DNA of 64,000 bases from Octopus vulgaris (Eukaryota): contig OX597840.1 of NCBI GenBank assembly GCA_951406725.2, forward strand, positions 26,288,001 to 26,352,000, in the 5' to 3' direction. Positions 13,801 to 26,648 of this stretch are shown here, one piece after another. Each line of letters opens with the position of its first letter. The stretch's first letter is position 1. The position numbers were made by a program, and so were the translations under genes. The notes beneath the pieces are model-generated. The model did no database searches. It was not told where the DNA came from and saw only the letters and a list, made by a program, of their open reading frames with translations.

Positions 13801-14958
13801 GGTACTACTAGCAAACAGTGGTCCCGGTGCGTGCAGTCGCGCAAGCATGCTTGTATCGCACATGCGGCATATTCGTTTCTGAAGGTGAAGAGAGTTTTGA
13901 ACGATGTTACTCCCCGATGTTTACCTTGCCAGAAAGGGGACATTACAAGCAATTATGTTGTACATAACCCATAGCAAATTGGTGGACTTGGGCACAACGT
14001 GCAAATAGATGAATCTATGATGTGCAAACGAAAATACAACAGGGGTAGAATGTCACAGGAGGGATCTTTTCCTTTTGAACGGCACTTTGTAACATAATTT
14101 TTAGGTAATTAAAAAGTTTTAAACTTCGTATACTGGTAGAATGTGTTTATAAAACATCATTTTCTCTTGGCTTTATTGAGAAAATTCTTTAGGTTGTAAC
14201 ATATTTCGTCTTTAATTTCGAGCATTTCGGCAATTTTAACCAATCAATTACCTCCATTGACGTAAATAACATTCTGTGCATAATGAATATGTCCCTCGTT
14301 TAAGAAACAGATTGGGTTTATTTACATTTGGGAAGAAAAAAAGATACCCTTCCCCTAACCCTAAAACAGATTGAAATGCAACAGATCGATACTAGGGCCA
14401 TAATTATGGGTGGCAATTTCCTACGACACCGCTACGGTATCGATCTATTGCATTTCAATCTGTTTGTGTAAAAAAAAGTAACTAATTTTTGTTAAACAAA
14501 GTAAATAATTTTTTAAACAAAGTAAATAACACAAAACACAAAGTAAGAATCGACTAGTCATGCCTAGCTGGCGCGGATGCGCGATTACGCGCACCGGGTC
14601 CACTGTTGGCTAGTAGTACCATTAAAAAGTTCATAAAACCAGGTACGACAATTTATTCGGATTGTTATAATGGAATTAATGAAATGGATGCGACACCAAA
14701 ATACATCCATTTCAAAGTGAACCACTCGGAAAATTTCGTGGATCCGATAACAAAGGTAGACACACCAATTCTGTGGAATGTTTTTGGAAGAATGCGAAAA
14801 GACGATTGAAGACAATGATGTGGGTAGACACTGACACGGTGGAGCCGTACCTGGACGAATTTCTGTGGAGGGAGCAATATGGAAAAAGTGGAAAGGAATG
14901 TTTTGAAAACATTCTGAGGCACTTTGCAGAATGGTTCAAATTCGAGGAACTCAAATGA
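13801..14958 (+). mobile_element. Disrupted Merlin / IS1595 (ISXO2-like) DDE transposase remnant
   Basis: IGGLGHNVQIDESMMCKRKYNRGR (about 13978-14050); KPGTTIYSDCY..VNHSENFVDP and ECFWKNAKRRLK..YLDEFLWRE (14620-14958); TIR at 13801; insertion at 14062-14620; stop and frameshift. Confidence 0.9.
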
Positions 14959-15102
14959 ACTTCAACATTTTATTTTATTGTTTGGCGGCATCTTGAAACG
15001 AATTGCAAGAACTGTGAGATATTTATTTGCTTTTTATTTACTTTGTTCGAAAAATATTATTTAATTTGTGTAAAAAAATTGTATACATTTTTACAAAAAA
15101 AA

Positions 15103-15256
15103 CGGATCTTTTCGGTTTGAACGGCACTTTGTAACATAACACTTTTAAACTTCGTATACTGGTAGAATGTCTACCATTCTACCAGTATACGAAATTTAAA
15201 AGTGTTTAGTTAACTAGAAATTGTGTTGAAATCTGGCCTTCAAAAGGAAAAGATCC
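15103..15256. mobile_element. Small fully palindromic MITE with GGATCTTTTC termini
   Basis: GGATCTTTTCGGTTTGAACGGC...GCCTTCAAAAGGAAAAGATCC with an inner 27-bp hairpin; same left end as the insertion at 14062. Confidence 0.8.
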
Positions 15257-15487
15257 TAATTATTTACTTTACGTTTTATTTACTTTGTTCGAAAAATATT
15301 ATTTAATTTGTGTATCGCGCACATGCGAATCTATTCATCGGACCATGTTAACACCAAAAATTATTTACATCAAAAAGGTGCTTATTTTTTCTTTGAAAAT
15401 CCCTATTTTTTACGATTACGACTGTGTGAAAAGTCTGGCTGCATCCGAAAAACTATATATTATGAAACAAAAATAAACACAAAATTT

Positions 15488-15627
15488 ATTACACGAATCT
15501 GTTACCACCACGACAGTCAACTATTTGACGCCCAACACGAGTTTGATGATGAATACATCCACGAATTTTCCGCTCAGATAGCTCTTTCCAAAACTGCAAG
15601 ACAGCTTCGTGCAATTCATGCCTCGGT
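15488..15627 (-). mobile_element. Possible Tc1/IS630-type transposase C-terminal fragment
   Basis: Translates HELHEAVLQFWKELSERKIRGCIHHQTRVGRQIVDCRGG, resembling the Tc1-like C-terminal helices. Confidence 0.4.
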
Positions 15628-15919
15628 TCTTAAGCAAGCTACTTACCACACTATTTCTATAGTAACGTGACAAGGAGTCACTTCTATCCTAGTAAACTTT
15701 AATAAGAGAGAGATAACCAACTTTGTTAGAAATCTTTCTTCAAAAATTAAAAATTCTGCACTACAGATTAGTCTCAAAACAAAGATGCTAATGTGTATGC
15801 AGCAAGACTTTTCACACAGACTTTTCATACTTGTTCTATCATATCAACACAGCTTTGTTTAGTAACATAGATATCACTCCTCCTCTGCCTCTTTCAGTAC
15901 ATTCATAAATATACAAATA

Positions 15920-16288
15920 CTAGTAGTCTCGCCCGGCGTTGCTCGGGTTTGTTTCGACCCTTTAGAATTGGAATTTTTGAAAAGTAAAAATTTTGCATTA
16001 TGTAGCTTGTTATTCTCTTTAAGTGAACATTTTTCTGGCTGAAATACACTGAAAAATGGTGACACAGCAGTAAAAAATAGGGATTTTCATAGAAAAAAGC
16101 ACCTTTTTCATATAAATAATTTTTGGTGTTAACATGGTCCGATTTGAATTTTTTCATCTACGGAAGGAAGAGCAAGCCTTCTTCTATCATACTCTCAATT
16201 TTGGTCAACTTGCGCCGCAGGGTCTTGGAGGAGATGGTGTTAGTTGAAGGCTACCAAACCTTCCATACACAGGCAACTTCAGCTTTAG
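15920..16288 (-). mobile_element. Non-autonomous Helitron (family He2), 5' end abutting a partial SINE (16288-16490)
   Basis: Same 3' hairpin and CTAG; body matches 57625-58406. Confidence 0.82.
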
Positions 16289-17074
16289 GCACAGGAATGG
16301 CTGTGTGGTAAGTAGCTTGCTTACCAACCACATGGTTCTGGGTTCAGTCCCACTGTGTGGCACCTTGGGCAAGTGTCTTCTACTATAGCCTCGGGCAGAC
16401 CAAAGCCTTGTGAGTGGATTTGGTAGACGGAAACTGGAAGAAGCCCGTCGTATATATGTATATATATGTGTGTGTGTCTGTGTGTTCATGAGTTGTTATT
16501 ATAGATATTTCTACTCTATTATATAAACTTCCTGAAAATACAGATATTGGATAAGTTTAATAGTTCAAATAAACGTTGTGAATTTGCATTTTTGAATATC
16601 TACCTTTTAAATATATTCTATGTTTTTTCTTTCTATTCTTTCAGAAAAATCACATGAAATTGGCTAAAAAGTATTTTTTACTTTTAAAGAATCATCAATA
16701 TGTATCATGTTTGAAAGGCTCTGCAAAGATATTCTACAAACATATAATCCTGCTTCTATAAAACATTGCTGAATTACAGTAAAATATTTCCTCTGAGAGA
16801 GAAAGCATTTCTTTAGTTCTGTGTCTGAAATGTGCAAGAGATAATTTTCTCTTTTAAATATACTCTGATGGATTTCCAAAGAGTATTTGTAACATTTTTA
16901 AATATTGGCATTGATCACATTTAGAAGAAATATAAGAGAAGTGATATTTGTTTGGAATAAACTATAAAAACAAAAAGAAGCAAAATATCCATATATTTTG
17001 GTGAGAGGAGAAATATTTTTGAAAAGTTGTTGATCTGTAGAACTTGAAGGGTTCATTATATTTTTCTTGAAGAG

Positions 17075-18116
<1,042 letters not shown>

Positions 18117-18169
18117 TAATTAATCTTTCTCTGTTCGGATTAGCTTCACTGAAAACAAATTTATTTTTA

Positions 18170-18452
18170 CGTCAATGCCAGTGCCGCCTTGACTGGCTTT
18201 CGTGTCGGTGGCACGTAAAAACCACCAATCGATTGTGGCCGTTACCAGCCTCCCTTGGCACGTAAAAAGCACCCACTACACTCACGGAGTGGTTGGCATT
18301 AGGAAGGGCATCCAGCTGTAGAAACACTGCCAGATCAGACTGGAAACCACACGTCGAGCAAAAGGGCAAAAGCTCGCTCGATTCTCAGTACGTATACCAC
18401 CGCTCGAACCATCGAACCCATACTAGCATGGAAAATGGACGTTAAACGATGA
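18170..18452 (+). mobile_element. RTE LINE 3' end with (GAT)n tail
   Basis: gagtggttggcattaggaagggcatccagctgtag...ggacgttaaacgatga. Confidence 0.82.
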
Positions 18453-18487
18453 GGTTTATATGTATCTCATTGTGTTCGACTCTCTTC

Positions 18488-18899
18488 TACTCTTTTACTT
18501 GTTTCAGTCATTTGACTGTGGCCATGCTGGAGCACCACCTTTAATCGAGCAACTTGACCCGGGACTTATTCTTTGTAAGCCCAGTACTTATTCTATCGGT
18601 CTCTTTTGCCGAATCGCCAAGTGACGGGGACATAAACACACCAGCATTGGTTGTCAAGCAATACTAGGGGGACAAACACAGACACACATATATATACATA
18701 TATACATATACATATATATATATATATATATACGACGGGCTTCTTTCAGTTTCCATCTACCAAATCCACTCACAAGGCTTTGGTTGGTCAGCCTGAGGCT
18801 ATAGTAGAAGACACTTGCCCAAGGTGCACGCAGTGGGACTGAACCCGGAACCATGTGGTTGGTAAGCAAGCTACTTACCACACAGCCACTCCTGCACCT
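18488..18899 (-). mobile_element. SINE family 1
   Basis: Full copy, reverse orientation. Confidence 0.9.
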
Positions 18900-19039
18900 A
18901 TATATGCTTGTATATATACATATAGATGTATGTACGTACATATATGCATGTTTTATTTATTAGTACGTTTATATATTTGTTGTGCAAAATGGCTGACGGT
19001 TAGTAAGGAGAGACACAAATAAGAAAGGAGAAGGCAAAG

Positions 19040-19083
19040 GACCACTGATGAGGTCACAGGAGTGTGATGAAAGAGCTCTGGCC
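19040..19083 (+). ncRNA. Type I hammerhead ribozyme motif (family H2)
   Basis: CCA-CTGATGA-G-GTCACA GGAG TGTGAT-GAAA-GAGC-TC-TGG; related degenerate copy at about 47678-47723. Confidence 0.72.
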
Positions 19084-19267
19084 GAAATAAGATTAAGATT
19101 AATGTAAAAAATAAATAACACTGAAGCAAAGTTAACACCAAATATATAGTGCGTGTGTTTTTATTGGCTAAACTGGCAAAATGACCATTCCGAAATATAA
19201 CAATATTTCATTTATTATTTTGTTATTAAATGACGAAATGCCACTCATCCTCTTCCAAGTAAGTTTT

Positions 19268-19660
19268 ATCATCATCGTTTAACTTCCGTTCTCCATGCTA
19301 GCATGGGTTGGACGGTTCGACCAGGGAAGCCAGAAGGCTGCACCAGGCTCCAGTCTTATCTGGCAATGTTTCTACAGCTGGATGCCCTTCCTAACGCCAA
19401 CCACTCCGTGAGTGTAGTGGGTGATTTTTACATGCCACCTACACAGGTACCAGGCGAGGCTGGCAACGGGCACGGTCGGATTGGTGCATTTTACGTGCCA
19501 CCGGCACGGAAGCCAGTCGAGGCGGCACTGGCATCGGCTACGATTTGGATGGTGCTTTTTACGTGCCACCAGTCCAGGGGTCCTGGCATCTGCCGGGTGC
19601 CAGTCAATAGGATTGGTTCAATTTCGATTTCACTTGCCCCAACAGGTCTTCGCAAGCAAA
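19268..19660 (-). mobile_element. RTE LINE 3' end
   Basis: (ATC)n followed by gtttaac..catgctagcatggg. Confidence 0.82.
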
Positions 19661-19676
19661 GACATTTTATATATAT

Positions 19677-19842
19677 AGGCGCAGGGGTGGCTGTGTGGTA
19701 AGTAGCTTGCTAACCAACCACACGGTTGCGGGTTCAGTCCCACTGCGTGGCATCTTGGGCAAGTATCTTCTGCTATAGCCCCGGGCCGACCAATGCCTTG
19801 TGAGTGGATTTGGTTGACGGAAACTGAAAGAAGCCTGTCGTA

Positions 19843-19889
<47 letters not shown>

Positions 19890-20045
19890 TTGTGTGTCTG
19901 TCCCCCTAGCATTGCTTGACAACCGATGCTGGTGTGTTTACGTCCCCGTCACTTAGCGGTTCGGCACAAAGAGACCAATAGAATAAGTACTAAAAGGCGG
20001 TGCTCCAGCATGGCCACAGTCAAATGACTGAAACAAGTAAAACAG
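19677..20045 (+). mobile_element. SINE family 1
   Basis: Head, core and tail with an internal deletion. Confidence 0.88.
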
Positions 20046-20171
20046 TATATGTATATGGAAAGCTAAGTAATCTATTTCTATTTAAGATTTTAAAATTTAA
20101 AATATTCTAATAAGTCTTATTGTATACTATATAAATACTGATTGTTATGTAATGGTTTAGTTATCGAAGTT

Positions 20172-20551
20172 ATACTCTTTACTTGTATCAGTCATTTGAC
20201 TGCGGCCATGCTGGAGCACCGCCTTTAGTCGAGCAACTCGACCCCAGGACTTATTCTTTGTAAGCCCAGTACTTATTCTATCAGTCTGTTTTGCCGAACC
20301 GCTAAGTGACGGCGACGTAAACACACCAGCATCGGTTGTCAAGCAATGCTAGGGAGACAAACAGACACAAACACATACATATATACGATGGGCTTCTTTT
20401 CAGTTTCTGCCTACCAAATCCACTCACAAGGCTTTGGTCGGCCCGAGGCTATAGTAGAAGACACTTGCCCAAGATGCCACACAGTGGGACTGAACCCAGA
20501 ACCATGTGGTTGGTAAGCAAGCTACTTACCACACAGTCACTCCTGCGCCTA
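20172..20551 (-). mobile_element. SINE family 1 (inverted relative to 19677-20045)
   Basis: Full copy, reverse orientation. Confidence 0.9.
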
Positions 20552-20797
20552 TATATATATATATATATATATATAATTATTAGATTTTAACTCTACATTT
20601 ATTTGTAAGATTTTACTTAGCCAAAGAGGTTTATTGATCGTTAATAGTAATAGGTTTCTTGTATTAATTTATCTCTTAATTATATTAATATTTATGTAAG
20701 TAGTATTGGATTAATTAATTAATTAATCTTTATATTTATTGATAGCATAAATTTTAGTCTTTAATCACTATATTTGTTGATAGTAATTATTTTTAAA

Positions 20798-21081
20798 TCT
20801 TTATATATAAAACTGAAGTTGTGTGAGAGTCTGTCTCCTCCGAATTAGATTCCTAACTACTCCCACATTTTGCGGTGCAGTTTAACCAAAACCGGGTATC
20901 TTATAGTCGTGATTCATATCGAGCCCTTCTGGGTATTTGCATGCGTCTACGATGAGTCTATGATTTAAAACAAAATTTACCATCATTTTTTGCTCGGTTT
21001 ATATAAGGGAAATAACTCTCTAAAAATGCTTATATAGTTATTTCCCTTACAAACCCAAGCAACGCCGGGCGATACTGCTAG
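20798..21081 (+). mobile_element. Non-autonomous Helitron He1
   Basis: A|TC ... hairpin ... CTAG|T. Confidence 0.85.
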
Positions 21082-21224
21082 TATTTTATAATTATTAGAT
21101 GTGTACTTAAATCTAAAATATGAATAACGATTATTTAGTTAAATAATTTGGTAATTAAATTTTTGGACTATAACTGAGTTAAGGATATTGTGATTTTATT
21201 ATGTTTTTTAAAGCTATATTCATA

Positions 21225-21516
21225 CCAGTGCTGGTGGCACATAAGAGAACCATCCGAACGTGGCCAGCGCCGCCCCGACTGGCTTCCGTGCCGGTGGCAC
21301 ATAAACAGCACCATCCGATTGTGGCCGTTTGCCAGCCTCATCTGGCACGTAAAAAGCACCCACTACACTCACGGAGTGGTTGGCATTAGGAAGGGCATCC
21401 AGCTGTAGAAACATTGCCAGATCAGACTGGGCCTGGTGCAACCCTCTGGCTTCCCAGACCCCAGTTGCACTGTCCAACCCATGCCAGCATGGAAAGCGGA
21501 CGTTAAACGATGATGA
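21225..21516 (+). mobile_element. RTE LINE 3' end
   Basis: Ends ggacgttaaacgatgatgat. Confidence 0.82.
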
Positions 21517-21847
21517 TCTCTAATAGTTGACTTTGTTGTATTATAGCTATTTTTAATTGATAAAATATATTCGTAGTATACATTGTTAATGAATTTTCCA
21601 TTTGTTTATTATTTTTTTTAGTTAATGTCAGGTTTATTTTAAAAGTAAGTAAACCCTTTTTTAAATAATTTATGTTATATGGTATTTATTGGATACTATA
21701 TAACTACAGATTGATAATCTCGTTGTATAAGTATTTAGTTGTTGAAAATATGTATTTCATAACTATATGGTTTTAATAAGTTATTAATTAGCCAACGAGA
21801 TATTTGGATCGTTAAATAGTTATAGAGTTTTTTTAAGATAGTTTATA

Positions 21848-22208
21848 TACTCTTTTACTTGTTTCAGTCATTTGACTGCGGCCATGCTGGAGCACCGCCT
21901 TTAGTCGAGCAAATCGACCCGGGACTTATTCTTTGTAAGCCCAGTACTTATTCTATCAGTCTCTTTTACCGAACCGCTAAGTGACAGGGACGTAAACACA
22001 CCAGCATCGGTTGTCGAGCAATGCTAGAGGGACAAACACAGACATATATGTATATATACGACGGGCTTCTTTCAGTTTCCGTCTACCAAATCCACTCACA
22101 AGGCTTTGGTCGGCCCGAGGCTATAGCAGAAGACACTTGCCCAAGATGCCACGCAGTGGGACTGAACCCGGAACCATGTGGTTGGTTAGCAAGCTACTTA
22201 CTACTCCT
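21848..22208 (-). mobile_element. SINE family 1
   Basis: Reverse copy. Confidence 0.88.
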
Positions 22209-22672
22209 GTTTACAATTTGCTTTTTCATAAGTAATAATGAATAATTAATTTATTTAGTTTTTTTTTTTTGATAGAGATAATTTTAGATCTTAATTATTA
22301 TATTTATTGATGATTTAGTTATTATTCAAATATTTTATAATTATTTGATTTGAACTTAAATTTGATAATATGAATAGTCATTATTTTTTTTTTTTTTTGT
22401 TAAATAATTAGATATTGACTATTACTGAGATTAGGTTATTAGTGAGTTTACTATGTTTTTTTAAAGCCATATTATATCTGTATAGATAAATACATTTTCT
22501 ATCTATTCTTACCTTTAAAATTAATGTTTAACATTATAATTGGATTGTATGACATAATCGTTAAAGTTTCTAGTTTGATAATAGAGTTTTTTATAAGAAA
22601 AATTATTATTTTATTTATTTCTTAAAAAATATTGTTTAAATATATTTGCTTATTTATTTAACTATTATCATT

Positions 22673-22735
22673 AACCTGAAGATTGACTATAACCATAATT
22701 CGAATTAGGTTATGGCCATGAAACGTACGTAGTGG
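22673..22735 (+). ncRNA. Type I hammerhead ribozyme motif (family H3)
   Basis: AC-CTGAAGA-[TTGACTATAACC ataattcgaatta GGTTATGGCCAT]-GAAA-CGTACG-TA-GT; palindromic stem III, short stem I. Confidence 0.65.
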
Positions 22736-23138
22736 TTTTACTTATTATCTTTTTGATAGTTATATATATTTAAATTAAAAAGTTTATTAATTTAAATTCA
22801 AAAATATAAATTAATAATTTTAAATATAGTTTGTATATTATATTAATTATTTTTTATCTTTTTCACTGTTTGATTTGCCTAATAGTGGTTTTATCTCTAA
22901 TTAAATTTATATGTATATATATATATGTATGTATATATATGTGTGTATATATATATATATATGTATATGCATGTATATATACATGTATATACATATATGT
23001 ATGTATATATATGTGTGTATATATATGTGTATATATATGTATATATATATATATGTGTGTATATATATATATGTATATACATATATGTATGTATATATAT
23101 GTGTGTATATATATGTATATATATATATATGTGTATAT

Positions 23139-23438
23139 TAATAGTTATCACCATACTAATATGGCAGTCTTATAAATATAAGACTGTCGCTGATTAGCTC
23201 CAAGAGGCCACTGCCTCTAGCTAGCTATTTGACACACAACCTGCGTCCATTACAAACCTTTGAACAGGGGAGGTCAGCTGCGTCATCCTGCTAGTCAGAC
23301 AGCTGTTCGAAGGTTTGTAATGGACGCAGGTTGTGTGTCAAATAGCCAGCTAGAGGCGACGGCCTCTTGGAGTTAATCAGCGATAGCTTTAGTCTTATAT
23401 TTATAAGACTGCCACATAAGTATGGCGATAACTATTAA
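23139..23438. repeat. About 300-bp foldback element between (TA/TG)n tracts
   Basis: Arms at about 23139-23257 and 23303-23438 are reverse complements (gacacacaacctgcgtccattacaaacctt / aaggtttgtaatggacgcaggttgtgtgtc). Confidence 0.88.
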
Positions 23439-23499
23439 TTTCCAGTAACGATGCCGTAATCTCCTTTAGAGAGACTTAGTAATTTTAATATTTCTATTA

Positions 23500-23623
23500 T
23501 ATATATGTATATATATACATGTATATAGTTATATATATACACACGTGTATATAGACATATTTATACATAGACATGTATATACATGTGCATATAGACATGT
23601 ATTTACATGTGCATATAGACATG

Positions 23624-23658
<35 letters not shown>

Positions 23659-23707
23659 GTGTGTATATATATATATATGTGTGTGTATATATATATATAT
23701 GTGTGTG

Positions 23708-23738
<31 letters not shown>

Positions 23739-23765
23739 ATATATATATGTGTGTGTGTGTGTGTA

Positions 23766-23824
<59 letters not shown>

Positions 23825-23897
23825 ATATATATATATATGTGTGTGTATATATATATATATGTGTGTGTGTATATATATATGTGTGTGTGTGTATATA

Positions 23898-23938
<41 letters not shown>

Positions 23939-23955
23939 ATATATATATATATATA

Positions 23956-24004
<49 letters not shown>

Positions 24005-24065
24005 ATATATATATATGTGTGTGTGTGTGTATATATATGTGTGTGTGTGTGTGTGTGTATATATA

Positions 24066-24098
<33 letters not shown>

Positions 24099-24117
24099 GT
24101 GTGTATATATATATACA
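23500..24117. repeat. Compound (TA)n/(TG)n microsatellite
   Basis: Direct reading; a similar tract lies at 22905-23138. Confidence 0.95.
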
Positions 24118-25325
24118 CCAGAGATATTTGGTGTTGCTCAGGAATAAAATGGCATGGTTTACCATTGTTTATTTGTTTCGTAATTGTGACTGCGGCCATG
24201 CTGGAGCACCGCCTTTTACTTGTGATTATCTGTTTGTTGTATTTTTGGAATATATTCCTGTAACTCTACGCACTCCTGATTTCTTCATAGATATATGTAT
24301 CTTTGTTTGTTCCCCCTCTCCATCATCGCTTGACAACCAACGTTGGTGTGTTTATGTCCCCCAATAATTTCGTGGTTCAGTGAAAGCGTGTCCTGTGGTC
24401 GATTTCTTCAACTAAAACCACTCCAGCAGGGTCGTGGTCACAAGAAAAAACAACAAAAAGCATGCAAGATACAAAATGTCTTTATTCATACAACAGTTCA
24501 CACGACACATATTTACATATGAAGAACTCCTTGTCTACTCATTCCAGTCAGAGGTGTTGGTCATTTGGTGAGTGGTCAGATGATGTTGTACATATACACA
24601 GTGTTTGTTATACATACACACACTTGTACATTATGCAAACGTGCATACGCACACATACATATTGTCTCATAAATATATTGATACTCTTTCCCTCACACAG
24701 TCGTATACAGCCACCCATGAGTGAACGGATGGTTAGGTAGACAGGTGAGGTTGACTAGTAGATTGGCAGGTGAGGAGAGAAGTAGGTAGGTAGTGTCTTT
24801 TGTTGTTGCACATAATGTTTACTGTTTCTGTGTGTGTTTATATGTCCCTTTTTCAAGTCTTATACAACATTTTTTCATATTAGATAGAGAGAAGAGGGAA
24901 TAGGTAGGCAGGTAGAAAGAAAGATGGGGAGATAGGTAGATGGATAGACAAACTGGTAGGTAGGAAGGTACATAGAGAGAAAGAAAGATAGGTACGTACA
25001 TAGATAGAGAGAAAGATGGGTAGGAAGGTAGATAGAGAAAGAAAGGTACGTAGATAGATAGAGAGAAAGATGGGTAGGTACATAGATAGAAAGAAAGATG
25101 GGGAGATAGGTAGGAAACTAGGCTGGTAGGTTAGGGTATGTATGGGAGTAGGTAAGTGAGTAGACAGGTAAATTATGGAAAAGGACGGTTTGATGATGTA
25201 GTTTAGCTTAGTATGTTTGGCAAGACGGTGCCAAACATCTTAGGTCCAAATATGAAAGAAGGATCTCTGACTGGCTGAAGACACAGAAGGACAATTCTTG
25301 AAGATGACTGGACTTTGATGACCGC

Positions 25326-25373
25326 TCAAAGACAAAGAAGGACATTCCTTGGAGAAGATCCAGCAACTCGCTT
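25326..25373 (-). CDS. SUPT3H: SUPT3H terminal coding exon (KRVAGSSPRNVLLCL*)
   Basis: Branch point ctgtaac, strong polypyrimidine tract and cag acceptor; phase 0; short hydrophobic Cys-containing end as in Spt3 orthologs; possible AATAAA at 24486-24481. Confidence 0.75.
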   Translation of the reverse strand, partial: KRVAGSSPRNVLLCL

Positions 25374-25436
25374 CTGGAAGAGAGAAGGAAAGGGTTACAG
25401 TTAAATGTACAATTTTCTTAGACAATAATGATTCTA

Positions 25437-25860
25437 TATATGAGACAAGGAATTATGTACATTTGACAGATATTTGTCCTCATCTTGTTTGTTGGGGAAA
25501 TTTCGAACCTGGGCTCTCATTCCTAAGGTATTTTTCAATGTTGTTATTATTATTATTCATGTCACTGCCTGGAATTGAACTCAGAATCTTGGGGTTAGTA
25601 GACCGTGCTCTTAACCACTACGCCATATACCGTGAGTTAAGAGCGCGGGATACTAACTCCAAGATTCTGAGTTCGATTCCAGGTAGTGACCTGAATAATA
25701 ATAATAATAACAACAACAGTGAAAAATACCTTAGGAATGAGAACCCAAATTCGAAATTTCCCCCAAGACACCTGATGAAGGCTGGAGGGTATACCAGCCG
25801 AAATGTTGTGTTAACAACAAACAAGATGAGGACAAATATTTGATTAAATTGAACAAATTG
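25437..25860. mobile_element. Head-to-head foldback of a tRNA-headed, hammerhead-carrying element (family H4)
   Basis: Arms at about 25437-25630 (minus) and 25632-25850 (plus); box A TGGCGTAGTGG, box B GAGTTCGATTCC, (AAT)n, then the ribozyme. Confidence 0.8.
25768..25811 (+). ncRNA. Minimal type I hammerhead motif (family H4)
   Basis: ACAC-CTGATGA-A-GGCTGG agggtata CCAGCC-GAAA-TG-TT-GTGT (C to T change in stem III relative to the copy at 54994). Confidence 0.72.
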
Positions 25861-26464
25861 CATAATTATTTATTTCTATAAACAAAATAAGTTATAAGAA
25901 ATGATACGAGTTGATAGTTTGTATATCAATATTTCAGGTTCAAGAAATGGTGTTGTGAGCTGACTTCTCTGTTTTGTAAGAAATGTCAGCTCACAACACC
26001 TTTGCTTCAAAGATTTCTTGAAAATAGGGTCCTCACCTGAAATATTGAAATGCAAGGTAAGAGTATAAACCACCAACTTGTACCGTTTTGGCTTTATGAA
26101 AAATCTTACTGAATATATATGTTTTTGTGTGTGTGTGTGGTGGGGGTCTTGCAAGGTACTTGGTGACCCTGTCAGTGCAGGTGCCACATAAAAAGCATTC
26201 AGGATACACTGTAAAGTGGTTTAAGTTTAGAAGGGCGTCCAGCTGCGAAATCCTTGCCAAAACTGAACTCACCCATACTTGTGCCATGTAAGAAGCACTC
26301 TGCTGAGTGGTTGGTGTTAGGAAGGGCATCCAGCTGTAAAAATCCTGCCAAAACAGTCACAGAAGTCTGATGCAGGTTTCAGCCTAGCTGGCTCTTGCGA
26401 AACCATTCCAGCATGAAAGGCAGACATTAAACAATGATGTATGAGTCTCTCCAAACATACTTAC

Positions 26465-26578
26465 AACTGCTCCAGAAAAAGGACCTGGCATTTCACTGTA
26501 TCGTCGAAGTGCTTCTCGGATATCGGCTGGAGTAATGGCTTGGAAGGTCTGCAGTTCAAGTTGGTTGGCTGGAACATT
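26465..26578 (-). CDS. SUPT3H: SUPT3H exon (NVPANQLELQTFQAITPADIREALRRYSEMPGPFSGAV)
   Basis: AG/GT bounded, 114 nt, phase 0-0; AITPADIREALRRY matches the Spt3 C-terminal histone-fold motif (AIQPCHIREAIRRY in human). Confidence 0.92.
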
Positions 26579-26648
26579 CTAGAAAGAGATAAAAAGAGAA
26601 ACTAGCAAAAGAAGGGACAAGGGACATAAAAATACAAAGACTATAACA

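Noticed and set aside
22831-24367. Long YI/VC/HT-rich ORFs (also 34926-35517, 48727-49348, 51500-54007, 60500-62600)
   Set aside because: Translations of (TA)n/(TG)n microsatellites.
25560-25700. Genuine tRNA genes (also the SINE heads)
   Set aside because: A and B boxes are present, but there is no complete acceptor stem and they are embedded in repeats.
26007-26036. Alternative SUPT3H terminal exon VRTLFSRNL*
   Set aside because: Weak polypyrimidine tract and part of a foldback arm; the 25373 acceptor is stronger and gives an Spt3-like end.
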